From Alphaproteobacteria bacterium (lineage in GTDB: Bacteria; Pseudomonadota; Alphaproteobacteria; SMXQ01), in the NCBI GenBank assembly GCA_030831315.1, contig JAURLI010000003.1:18884-82883 (forward strand): a DNA stretch of 64,000 bases. The letters run 5' to 3'. The first letter of the stretch is position 1; each line of letters opens with the position of its first letter. The notes beneath the pieces were generated by a model. The model searched no databases, had not been told where the DNA came from, and was given only the letters and a program-made list of their open reading frames with translations. Positions 1 through 9,031 of this stretch are shown here, in pieces. Both the position numbers and the translations under genes were made by a program.

Positions 1-115
1 GCAAAGGCGCTATCGCGTGGAGAAATAAAAGTGCAGCGATGACGGCAAGACCGGGCAGCGCGAATATCAGCGCTGTCGCTGCTAGACGTTTGACCGGCGT
101 GCGCGGTCTTGTCAT
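1..115 (-). CDS. 5' end of a probable membrane protein, truncated by the window edge
   Basis: ATG at 115 opens MTRPRTPVKRLAATALIFALPGLAVIAALLFLHAIAPL..., a basic N-terminus followed by a hydrophobic helix, 54 bp downstream of the maeB stop. Confidence 0.5.
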   Translation of the reverse strand, partial: MTRPRTPVKRLAATALIFALPGLAVIAALLFLHAIAPL

Positions 116-169
116 CGGTGTCCGTCCCCGGTTGCGCCCCGTGGTGGAAGCCCCGGTGCAGCGGACAGG

Positions 170-2437
170 CTAGCGCAGGGTTTCATGGGCGGCCAGTGCC
201 GCCACGGTGACGATTTCCGAGACGCTCGCATTCATCGGAACGATCTGCACCGGCTTTTCAAGGCCCAGCAACAGCGGACCAATCACCGTGCCGCCGCCCA
301 GTTCCTGCATCAGCTTGGAGGCGATGTTGGCCGGGTCCAGCGCCGGCATGACCAGCACGTTGGCGGCCCCGGTCAGGCGGCTGAAGGGATAGTGCTGGCG
401 CATCAGCTCGTAATCGAGTGCGACGTCCGCCGCCATTTCGCCGTCGTATTCGAAATCGAGCTTCCGGGTATCGAGAATATCGACCGCTTCGCGGATGCGT
501 TTGCCCTTGTCGCGCAGCGGATCGCCGAAGGTCGAGAACGACAGCAACGCCACGCGCGGGAAATGCCCCATCTGGCGCGCCTTGGCCGCCGCCTGCACGG
601 CGATGTCGGCAAGCTCTTCCTGGGTCGGCACTTCGTGGACGGAGGTATCGGCGATGAACACCGTGCGCCCGCGCGCGATCAGCATGGTCAGGCCGAAGGG
701 CCGTTCGCCCGGGCGCGCATCGAACACGCGCCGCACTTCGTTGTACGACGTAAACGACGAACGGGTCAGGCCGGTGATCAGCGCATCGCCGTCGCCGTGC
801 GCCACCATGCAGGAGGCGAACACGTTGCGGTCCAGATGCACCATGCGCTGGCAGTCGCGATACAGAAGGCCGCGGCGCTGCAGGCGCGCATAAAGGTAAT
901 CGGTGTATTCCTTGTTGCGCGTCGAAAGGGCGGCGTTGGTGATTTCGAATTCGTCGGCATTGGCGATGCCGATGGACTTCATCGTCGCCAGCACGCGGTC
1001 CTTGACGCCGACGAGGATCGGCGTGCCGTAACCCGCGGCCTTGAAGGACGCGGCGGCACGGATCGCTTTTTCTTCCTCGCCTTCGGCGAAGACGACGCGG
1101 CGCGGGTTCGAGCGCACTTCGCGGAGGATCATGGCGAGCGTATCGGCCGTGGGATCGAGGCGGGCCGACAGCCGCGCCTTGTAGTCGTCCATGTCGTCGA
1201 TCTGCTTGGTGGCGACGCCGGTGCGCATGGCGGCACGTGCTACGGCGGGCGGGATCGATGAAATCAGGCGCGGATCGAAGGGCACCGGGATCAGGTAATC
1301 GGGGCCATAGCGCAGGCGCGCACCCTGGTAGGCATCGGCGACCTCGTCGGGAACGTCCTCGCGGGCGAGTTTGGCCAGTGCTTCCGCTGCGGCCACCTTC
1401 ATCTCGTCATTGATCGCGCGCGCGCGCACATCGAGCGCGCCGCGGAAGATATAGGGAAAGCCCAGCACGTTGTTGACCTGGTTCGGATAGTCCGAACGAC
1501 CCGTCGCCATGATCGCGTCCTTGCGCGCTTCATGCACTTCTTCGGGCCGGATTTCGGGATCGGGATTGGCCATGGCGAAAATGATCGGCTTCTTGGCCAT
1601 CGACTTGACCATGTCCTGATTGACCGCGCCCTTCACCGACAGGCCGAAAAAGACGTCGGCGCCCTTCATGGCTTCGGCCAGCGTGCGCGCCTTGGTCGGC
1701 ACGGCGTGTGCCGACTTCCACTGGTTCATGCCGTTCTCGCGGCCCTGATAGATGACGCCGGAGGTGTCGCACATGACGACGTTCTCATGGGGTACACCCA
1801 TGCGCTTGACCAGTTCGACGCAGGCGATGGCCCCGGCGCCGGCGCCGTTCACTACCATCTTGATGTCCTTGGGCTTGCGGCCGGTCACATCAAGCGCGTT
1901 CAAAAGTCCCGCCGCGGCGATGATCGCCGTGCCGTGCTGGTCGTCGTGAAAGACCGGGATGTCCATCAACTCGCGCAGGCGCTGCTCGATGATGAAACAT
2001 TCGGGCGCCTTGATGTCTTCGAGATTGATGCCGCCGAAGGAGGGGCCGAGGTAGCGCACCGCGTTGACGAATTCGTCGACGTCCTCGGTGCCGATTTCCA
2101 GATCAATGGCATCGACGTCGGCGAAGCGCTTGAACAGGACTGCCTTGCCTTCCATGACCGGCTTGGACGCCAGCGCGCCGAGGTTGCCGAGGCCCAGCAC
2201 CGCCGTCCCGTTGGAAATGACGGCGACCAGGTTGCCGCGCACGGTGTAATCGTAGGCGCGCGACGGGTCCTTCTGGATCGCGAGGCAAGGCGCCGCCACG
2301 CCCGGCGAATAGGCGAGCGAAAGATCGCGCTGGGTCACCAGCGGCTTGGTCGGTGCGATCTCGATCTTGCCCGGGCGACCTTGAGCGTGAAAAGCGAGCG
2401 CTTCCTGGTCGAGCACGCGATCGTTGGAATTGGGCAT
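170..2437 (-). CDS. maeB: NADP-dependent malic enzyme with C-terminal phosphotransacetylase-like domain
   Basis: [27 protein letters not shown] and [11 protein letters not shown] motifs; C-terminal RVVFAEGEE...DGEM PTA-like domain; 755 aa. Confidence 0.96.
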   Translation of the reverse strand: MPNSNDRVLDQEALAFHAQGRPGKIEIAPTKPLVTQRDLSLAYSPGVAAPCLAIQKDPSRAYDYTVRGNLVAVISNGTAVLGLGNLGALASKPVMEGKAVLFKRFADVDAIDLEIGTEDVDEFVNAVRYLGPSFGGINLEDIKAPECFIIEQRLRELMDIPVFHDDQHGTAIIAAAGLLNALDVTGRKPKDIKMVVNGAGAGAIACVELVKRMGVPHENVVMCDTSGVIYQGRENGMNQWKSAHAVPTKARTLAEAMKGADVFFGLSVKGAVNQDMVKSMAKKPIIFAMANPDPEIRPEEVHEARKDAIMATGRSDYPNQVNNVLGFPYIFRGALDVRARAINDEMKVAAAEALAKLAREDVPDEVADAYQGARLRYGPDYLIPVPFDPRLISSIPPAVARAAMRTGVATKQIDDMDDYKARLSARLDPTADTLAMILREVRSNPRRVVFAEGEEEKAIRAAASFKAAGYGTPILVGVKDRVLATMKSIGIANADEFEITNAALSTRNKEYTDYLYARLQRRGLLYRDCQRMVHLDRNVFASCMVAHGDGDALITGLTRSSFTSYNEVRRVFDARPGERPFGLTMLIARGRTVFIADTSVHEVPTQEELADIAVQAAAKARQMGHFPRVALLSFSTFGDPLRDKGKRIREAVDILDTRKLDFEYDGEMAADVALDYELMRQHYPFSRLTGAANVLVMPALDPANIASKLMQELGGGTVIGPLLLGLEKPVQIVPMNASVSEIVTVAALAAHETLR

Positions 2438-2669
2438 GGCGAGTCCCTGTCCTGACTTGTTTGCTGCCGGGCCGTCCGTCCGCTGTCGGGCCCGGGCCCC
2501 TGAGGGGCAAAAAACCCCCGAAACTTACCCTTTTTCCCCTCTTTGCCAAGCCCCAAGGGGTTTTGTCCCTCCTGTCGTTCAGGCTATTCGGCCCACCCCG
2601 GGCGATGTGTTAGGGTCGGGGCCGGCCCGGTCCGGGCCGCCAAAACAGCCGCTAAACAGGGGATCAAGG

Positions 2670-5441
2670 GTGACCGACGAGGTGCTGGCCGATAGCGACG
2701 CCACCGGAGCCGAACCGGCCGCCGCCGGGTCCGGGCCGGTCACGCCGATGATGACCCAGTACCTCGCCATCAAGCAGGCCCATCCGGGCTGCCTGCTGTT
2801 CTACCGCATGGGCGATTTCTACGAACTGTTCTTCGAAGACGCGGTTGCCGCCTCGCGCGCCCTCGACATCACGCTCACCCATCGCGGCAAGCATCAGGGT
2901 GCAGATATCCCGATGTGCGGGGTGCCGGTGCATTCCCATGAAACCTATCTTGCCCGCCTCATCCGCAAGGGCTTCAAGGTCGCCGTCTGCGAACAGACCG
3001 AGGACCCGGCGGAGGCGAAAAAGCGCGGCTCCAAATCCGTTGTCGCCCGCGATGTCGTGCGCCTGATCACGCCGGGTACGTTGACCGAGGACACGCTCCT
3101 TGATTCGGCGCGCAACAATTTCCTGGCCGCCCTCGGCGAAGCGCAAGGTGCGCTTGCCCTTTCATGGCTCGATATTTCGACCGGCGCCTTCGTCATCGGC
3201 GATGTCGATGCGGGGCGCCTCGGCGCCGCTATCGCGCGTCTTGCCCCGGGCGAAGTGCTCGTCTCCGATCGTCTTGCCGGGCGCGACGACATCGCTCCGG
3301 TCTTGGGCGCGCTGCGCGACGATGGCGTGACGACGCTGACCGTGCAGCCCGCCAGCCTGTTCGATTCGACCAACGGCGAGCACCGCCTGAAGCGCCTCTA
3401 TTCGGTCGCCACCCTCGATGCCTTCGGCGCGTTCTCGCGCGCCGGGCTTGCGGCGGCGGGCGCGCTCGTCGATTACGTGGAATTGACCCAGAAAGGGGCG
3501 CTGCCGCGCTTTGCACCCCCGCGTATCGAGGCCGCGGGCGCGGTCATGGAAATCGACGCCCAGACCCGCCGCAATCTGGAACTTTCCCAGACGCTGTCGG
3601 GCGCGCGGCGGGGAACGCTGCTCGATGTCATCGACCGCACGCGCACGGGCGCGGGTGCCCGGCTCGTCGCCGAGCTTTTGTCGGCGCCGCTGACCGACCC
3701 GGATGAAATAAACCGGCGCCTTGATGCGGTCGAATGGCTCGCGGGCGACGACGCGCCCGTGGCGCCCATCACGGAAGCGCTCGTCGATTGTCCCGATATC
3801 GAACGTGCCCTTGCGCGTCTCGCGCTCGGGCGCGGGGGGCCGCGCGATCTCGCCGCCCTGCGCGACGGGCTTGCGCGGGCCGGCAAACTCGCCGCCGCCC
3901 TTGAAGCGTTGGCTTCCGATACGATCCCGGACCTTGTACGCGGATGGCTCCAAGGTCTTGGCGATCACGCGGCGCTCGTCGATCATCTGGCGCGCGCCCT
4001 AGCACCCGATCTGCCGCTGCTCGCCCGTGACGGCGGTTTCATCGCCAAGGGCTACGATGCCCCCCTCGATGAAACGCGCAGTTTGCGCGATGAAAGCCGC
4101 AGGCTGATCGCGGGGCTGGAGCGCGACTACCGCGATGCGTCGAAGATCGCGAACCTGCGCATCCGCCACAACAACGTGCTCGGCTATTTCATCGAAGTGC
4201 GCCCCAATCAGGCCGACCAGTTGGCGACCGCGCCGGGCCCCAAGGGCGAGGAAAAATTCTTTCATCATCGCCAGACCATCGCATCTGCCGTGCGCTTCAA
4301 CACGGCCGATCTGGCGGATCTGGAAACGCGCATCAGCCGCGCCGCCGACCGCGCGCTCGCCATGGAGATGGAAATCTTCGAGCGCCTCGTCGGTGAAGTC
4401 ACCGCGCCCGAGGCCGCCGCCGCCATCGCCGATGCGGCACGCGCCCTTGCCTGGTTTGATGCGGTCGCGGGATTTGCCCGTCTTGCGCGCGACGGCGATT
4501 ACGTGCGCCCGCGCGTCGATGCCTCGCTCGTCTTCCATGTCGAAGGCGGCCGTCATCCGGTGGTGGAAGCGATGCTGCGCTCGGGCGAAGGGGCAGCTTT
4601 CGTTCCCAACGATTGCGATCTGACGGCGCGCGACGGTTCCGATGGCGCCGAAGGTTCGCGCCTGTGGCTGATCACCGGCCCCAACATGGCGGGCAAATCG
4701 ACCTTCCTGCGCCAGAATGCGCTGATCGCGGTGCTGGCGCAGATCGGCTGCTTCGTGCCCGCGCGCGCCGCCCATATAGGCGTTGTCGACAAGCTGTTCT
4801 CGCGCGTTGGTGCCGCCGACGATCTCGCGCGCGGACGCTCGACTTTCATGGTCGAAATGGTGGAAACGGCGGCGATCCTCAACCAGGCGGGCGAACGCGC
4901 GCTTGTCATTCTCGATGAAATCGGGCGCGGCACCGCCACTTTCGACGGCCTGTCCATCGCCTGGGCGACGATCGAGCATTTGCATTCGGTCAATCGCTGC
5001 CGGGCACTTTTCGCCACCCATTACCACGAGCTGACGGCGCTCGCCGCCCGCCTTGACGATCTGTCGAACCACTGCATGCGCGTCAAGGAATGGAAGGGCG
5101 ACGTCGTGTTCCTGCACGAAGTTGGCCCCGGCACCGCAGACCGGTCCTACGGCATCCATGTCGCGCGTCTGGCGGGCTTGCCTGAAGCGGCCCTCGTGCG
5201 CGCGGAAGAAGTGCTGTCGGCGCTTGAGAAGGGCGAAAAGGCAGACCAGCTGTCACGCCTTGCCGATGACCTGCCGCTGTTTGCCGCCGCTCCGCGCCCG
5301 CAGGCGGGCGGGCATGGGCGCTCAAAATCTTTGGCGGTCGAAGACGCGCTCAAGGCCGTGCATCCCGACAGCCTGACGCCGCGCGATGCGCTGGACCTCG
5401 TCTATCGGCTTAAAGCGTTGCTGGCGAAATCCGACGATTAG
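2670..5441 (+). CDS. mutS: DNA mismatch repair protein MutS
   Basis: [16 protein letters not shown], Walker [18 protein letters not shown] and FATHYHEL; GTG start at 2670 preferred over the ORF-track start. Confidence 0.97.
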   Translation: MTDEVLADSDATGAEPAAAGSGPVTPMMTQYLAIKQAHPGCLLFYRMGDFYELFFEDAVAASRALDITLTHRGKHQGADIPMCGVPVHSHETYLARLIRKGFKVAVCEQTEDPAEAKKRGSKSVVARDVVRLITPGTLTEDTLLDSARNNFLAALGEAQGALALSWLDISTGAFVIGDVDAGRLGAAIARLAPGEVLVSDRLAGRDDIAPVLGALRDDGVTTLTVQPASLFDSTNGEHRLKRLYSVATLDAFGAFSRAGLAAAGALVDYVELTQKGALPRFAPPRIEAAGAVMEIDAQTRRNLELSQTLSGARRGTLLDVIDRTRTGAGARLVAELLSAPLTDPDEINRRLDAVEWLAGDDAPVAPITEALVDCPDIERALARLALGRGGPRDLAALRDGLARAGKLAAALEALASDTIPDLVRGWLQGLGDHAALVDHLARALAPDLPLLARDGGFIAKGYDAPLDETRSLRDESRRLIAGLERDYRDASKIANLRIRHNNVLGYFIEVRPNQADQLATAPGPKGEEKFFHHRQTIASAVRFNTADLADLETRISRAADRALAMEMEIFERLVGEVTAPEAAAAIADAARALAWFDAVAGFARLARDGDYVRPRVDASLVFHVEGGRHPVVEAMLRSGEGAAFVPNDCDLTARDGSDGAEGSRLWLITGPNMAGKSTFLRQNALIAVLAQIGCFVPARAAHIGVVDKLFSRVGAADDLARGRSTFMVEMVETAAILNQAGERALVILDEIGRGTATFDGLSIAWATIEHLHSVNRCRALFATHYHELTALAARLDDLSNHCMRVKEWKGDVVFLHEVGPGTADRSYGIHVARLAGLPEAALVRAEEVLSALEKGEKADQLSRLADDLPLFAAAPRPQAGGHGRSKSLAVEDALKAVHPDSLTPRDALDLVYRLKALLAKSDD

Positions 5442-5444
5442 CCT

Positions 5445-6302
5445 TTACGGCTTGTTCCACTCGCGGCTGGCCTGCTGGCTGCCCTGGGGCGCGCGGTAGA
5501 CCGGCGCTTCCAAGGCACCCTTCGCCGCTTCGGCCAGCGACAGTTTCCCGTCCCAGCGGTTGCCGACGTAGCGCTCGCCGGTGTGGCCGTCCGACAGGTC
5601 GGAGGCGAGCCATACGATCGGCGCACGCATGACCTTGGGATCGACCAGCTTGCGGTCGGTGAGAAAATTCTTCGGAACGAAGGCCGTCGCCGCGGCGCCG
5701 CCCGGGATCAGCGAATTGCAGGTGACGCCGGTGCCTTCCAGTTCCTCGGCGAAGATCAGTGTTTCCGCCTCGATCGCGCCCTTCGACGGGCCATAGGGCG
5801 AATTGCCCTTGCGCTGAATGGTGCCGAGCGACGTCGTCACGTTGACGATGCGCCCCCACTTTTGCGCGATCAGGTGCGGCGTGATCGCGCGGCACATGTT
5901 GTAGGTGCCGACCACGTTGACCTTTATCACCTGCGACCAGCGCGAAGGATCGGTTTCCCAGAAGTTGATCGAGGTGTCGGTGGCATTCTTCGCCACGACG
6001 TTGAGCTGACCGAGCGCTGCGTTGTTCACCACCATGTGCAGCCCGCCCAGCTCGCGGATCGTCTTGTCGCGCGCCATTTCGCAGGCGGCGTAGTCGTCGA
6101 TGCTGTAGGGCAGCGCAATGGCCTTGCCCGGCCCGCGCGCCTTGGTGATTTCCGCGACCGCGGCGTTGAGCTCTTCCACGTCCGGGCTCAGCAGCCCCGC
6201 CTTGCCGCCCGCCTCGATGATGGCGTCTGCCATTTCGCGGCCCATGCCGCGGCTGGCACCAGTGACAATGGCGACCTTGCCGGTGAGATCGATGCTGCTC
6301 AT
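5445..6302 (-). CDS. Short-chain dehydrogenase/reductase (SDR) family oxidoreductase
   Basis: TGASRGMG cofactor motif, VVNNA and YGPSK catalytic motif; start at MSSIDLTGK. Confidence 0.9.
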   Translation of the reverse strand: MSSIDLTGKVAIVTGASRGMGREMADAIIEAGGKAGLLSPDVEELNAAVAEITKARGPGKAIALPYSIDDYAACEMARDKTIRELGGLHMVVNNAALGQLNVVAKNATDTSINFWETDPSRWSQVIKVNVVGTYNMCRAITPHLIAQKWGRIVNVTTSLGTIQRKGNSPYGPSKGAIEAETLIFAEELEGTGVTCNSLIPGGAAATAFVPKNFLTDRKLVDPKVMRAPIVWLASDLSDGHTGERYVGNRWDGKLSLAEAAKGALEAPVYRAPQGSQQASREWNKP

Positions 6303-6339
6303 CTTGCTGTTCCTTTCGGTTACTTCGGTGTGATGAATT

Positions 6340-7125
6340 TCAGGCGTTGCCGAACAGGCGGCCGAGACGCGCTTCGCGCGGCCAGCCGCCCAGCTTGGGC
6401 GCGAGCGCACGGCTCACCGCCCACAGCACCGCCTGGTTGGAATTGACGCAGGCCTTGCCCGTCGCCCGTTCGATGCCGGAAATGGCCTCGATCTGCGTGG
6501 TGTTGGTGCACGACAGGAAAATGCCGTCCGCCTTCGGATGGCGGGTCAGCATTTCGCAGCCGAGATCGAACCAGCGCTTCGGCTCCACGTGGATGTATTC
6601 GTCTCCGCCCTTGAGGCCGAGGCCGACATCCTGCAACACCTCGAAGCCGAGCTTCGTCAGGTAGGCGCGCTCGGCATCGTTGACCGACTGGCGGTACGGC
6701 GTCAGCAGCACCAGCGAGCGCAGGGCGAGCGCCTTCATCGCATCGACGATGGCCTTACCCGTCGCCAGCGTGGTCGCGCCGGTTTCGGCGGCGATGGTCT
6801 CGATGACCCGGGCTTCGACCTCGGGGCCTTCTTCCATCGACGTGCCGGTGCAGTGAAACACGATGACATCGCAGCGCGCATCGGCGAGCGCGCCGGCGGA
6901 AGCCTTGATGTCGTCCATCAGCTGGGCAATGGGCTTGTGCCAGGGGCCGGTCATGCGCAGCCGGTTTACATGCACGCCAAGGCCGGGCGGGGCGAAATAC
7001 TGGATCTGCGGCTCGCTCAGCCGGTTCGACGACGGAATGATGAGGCCGAGCCGCGCCTTCGGCGTCATCAGCCTCGCTGCCCGCGCGGGCGCGGAATCGG
7101 CCGGGATCTCTGCGGTCGTGGTCAT
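6340..7125 (-). CDS. Maleate cis-trans isomerase / arylmalonate decarboxylase (Asp/Glu racemase superfamily) protein
   Basis: RLGLIIPSSN, FHCTGTS, LTPY, FLSCTN and VNSNQA; both catalytic Cys positions retained. Confidence 0.85.
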   Translation of the reverse strand: MTTTAEIPADSAPARAARLMTPKARLGLIIPSSNRLSEPQIQYFAPPGLGVHVNRLRMTGPWHKPIAQLMDDIKASAGALADARCDVIVFHCTGTSMEEGPEVEARVIETIAAETGATTLATGKAIVDAMKALALRSLVLLTPYRQSVNDAERAYLTKLGFEVLQDVGLGLKGGDEYIHVEPKRWFDLGCEMLTRHPKADGIFLSCTNTTQIEAISGIERATGKACVNSNQAVLWAVSRALAPKLGGWPREARLGRLFGNA

Positions 7126-7301
7126 CGGTTCTCCCCGTGGGCCGGAAATCCGGCCCTCTTTTTTCATTGCTGCCAGTATCGCCCGCCGGGGCGCGGAGTC
7201 AACGGCAGCCCCGTCCGCGTCCGCCTTGCCCCGGCAGGGCGGCGGCGCTAAAACCGGGCAGTGCCGGGTTGCAACCGGCCGTAAAAAGCAAGGGGAGCCG
7301 C

Positions 7302-8432
7302 ATGGACGACGTCAAGAACGCACTGACCCAGCAGGAACTGATCATCGCCGCGAAGAAGCGCATGGCGCCGGTGACCTGGGACTTCCTTTCGGGCGGCGGC
7401 GAATCGGAAACGACGCTGAAGCGCAACCGCCATTCCCTCGATTCGGTCGCCTTCCGCCCGCGCGTCCTCATCAGCGTGCCGGACCCCGACGCGACCACGA
7501 CGTTCATGGGCCAGAAGATCCGCATTCCGGTGATCTGCGCGCCGGTGGGCTCGCTCCATCACATGGACCCGACCGGCAACCTTGCGGTCGTGCATGCCAT
7601 GGACAAGTTCGGCTCGATGGCGGCGATCTCGATCATGTCCAATCCCCGCCTCGAAGATTGCGCGGCGGCGACGAAGGGCTACAAGATTTTCCAGCTCTAT
7701 GTGCGCGGCGACTGGGAATGGGTGAAGAAGACCCTCGATCGTGTCGTCGCCGCGGGTTTTGATGCGCTGGTCATCACCGTCGACACGGCGCACTACGGCA
7801 GGCGCGAACGCGATCTTTACAACCGTTTCCTGCGCCGCAATTCGGCGCAGCGCTCGAACCTCGAAGGCATCGACCTTGATGCCGAATGGAAGCATCGCGG
7901 CGCGCTGACCTGGGATTTCGTCGAGGCCTGCAAGAAGCATTGTGGCCTGCCCGTCATGGTCAAGGGCATCGCCACGCGCGAGGATGCGGAAATCGCGCTC
8001 AAGCGCGGCGTCGATGTGATCTGGGTATCCAATCATGGCGGCCGCCAGATGGATCATGGCCGGGGTGCCCTGGCCTGCCTGCCGGAAGTGGCCGAAGTGG
8101 CGAAGGGCAAGGCGCCCATCGTCATCGACGGCGGCTTCCTGCGCGGCACCGACGTGATCAAGGCAATCGGCCTGGGTGCCGACGTCGTTGCCGTCGGCAA
8201 GCTCCAGGGCTGGGCGCTGGCCGCGGGCGGCGAGGACGGTCTGGTGCGGTCCTTCGAGATCATGGAAGCCGAAATCAAGATGAACCTGGCACTTCTCGGC
8301 GTGAACAAGCTGTCGGAAATCACGCCTGCGCATTTCTTCCATGGCGCGCCGGTGATGAACGAACCGTCCATCGTTTCGCCCTTCCCGGTGGTGAGCGAGG
8401 CGTTCCGGCGCTGGGATTCGGGCAGCTACTAG
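7302..8432 (+). CDS. FMN-dependent alpha-hydroxy acid oxidase/dehydrogenase
   Basis: FRPRVL, FQLY, ITVD, GRRERD, VKGI, SNHGGRQ signature and DGGFLRGTDVIKA; GGGGAG ribosome-binding site before ATG 7302. Confidence 0.92.
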   Translation: MDDVKNALTQQELIIAAKKRMAPVTWDFLSGGGESETTLKRNRHSLDSVAFRPRVLISVPDPDATTTFMGQKIRIPVICAPVGSLHHMDPTGNLAVVHAMDKFGSMAAISIMSNPRLEDCAAATKGYKIFQLYVRGDWEWVKKTLDRVVAAGFDALVITVDTAHYGRRERDLYNRFLRRNSAQRSNLEGIDLDAEWKHRGALTWDFVEACKKHCGLPVMVKGIATREDAEIALKRGVDVIWVSNHGGRQMDHGRGALACLPEVAEVAKGKAPIVIDGGFLRGTDVIKAIGLGADVVAVGKLQGWALAAGGEDGLVRSFEIMEAEIKMNLALLGVNKLSEITPAHFFHGAPVMNEPSIVSPFPVVSEAFRRWDSGSY

Positions 8433-8441
8433 ACGCTTGTT

Positions 8442-8930
8442 TCAGTCCTCGCGCACCTGCGCGGTGCCGATCAGGCGTCGCAGGATGCGCAGGCCCCAGT
8501 CATGGAACTCCGTGCCGCCGTGCGAGCCGCAGGCACGCGCGCGCACGATGGGCGTCAGTCCCGCCTCAAACAGGGCGATGGCGCTCGCCAGCACGCAATT
8601 GTCGGTGGCGATGCCGCAAAGATGCACTTCGTCGGCATTGGTAGCGCCGAGGATGGCGCGCACCTCGTCGGTCAGGCAGGAATAGGTCTGCTTCTCAATG
8701 ACGCGGACATGGGCTGCCGGCGCAAAGGCCAGTTCCGTATCGGCGCTGCCGGGCGCGAAGCGGGACCAGCCGATCAGGCGGCGATGGGCGGAGCCCTCGG
8801 GATTGACGAAACGGGTGGCGATGACCGTTTTGAAATCGTCCTGAAGGGTACCGACACGCTCGGGCACATGCGCCGTTGCCGGTCCGATGAAGCCTTTTTG
8901 CACGTCGATGATGATCAGGGCCGCTGTCAT
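8442..8930 (-). CDS. Isochorismatase-family cysteine hydrolase
   Basis: ALIIIDVQKGF (Asp), IEKQTYS (Lys) and GIATDNCV (Cys) form the catalytic triad. Confidence 0.88.
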   Translation of the reverse strand: MTAALIIIDVQKGFIGPATAHVPERVGTLQDDFKTVIATRFVNPEGSAHRRLIGWSRFAPGSADTELAFAPAAHVRVIEKQTYSCLTDEVRAILGATNADEVHLCGIATDNCVLASAIALFEAGLTPIVRARACGSHGGTEFHDWGLRILRRLIGTAQVRED

Positions 8931-9031
8931 GGCGTCAACCGCCTTTCGTGGGAGGCCGCGCATGGGCCGGCCGTTTGTGCCATACTGCGCCCCCGGATCA
9001 CTTATATATACGATGCGCCGCCCGGAGCGAT

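Noticed and set aside
2424-2669. 82-aa N-terminal extension of MutS in the ORF track
   Set aside because: It overlaps the maeB start and the divergent promoter region; GTG 2670 gives a normal MutS.
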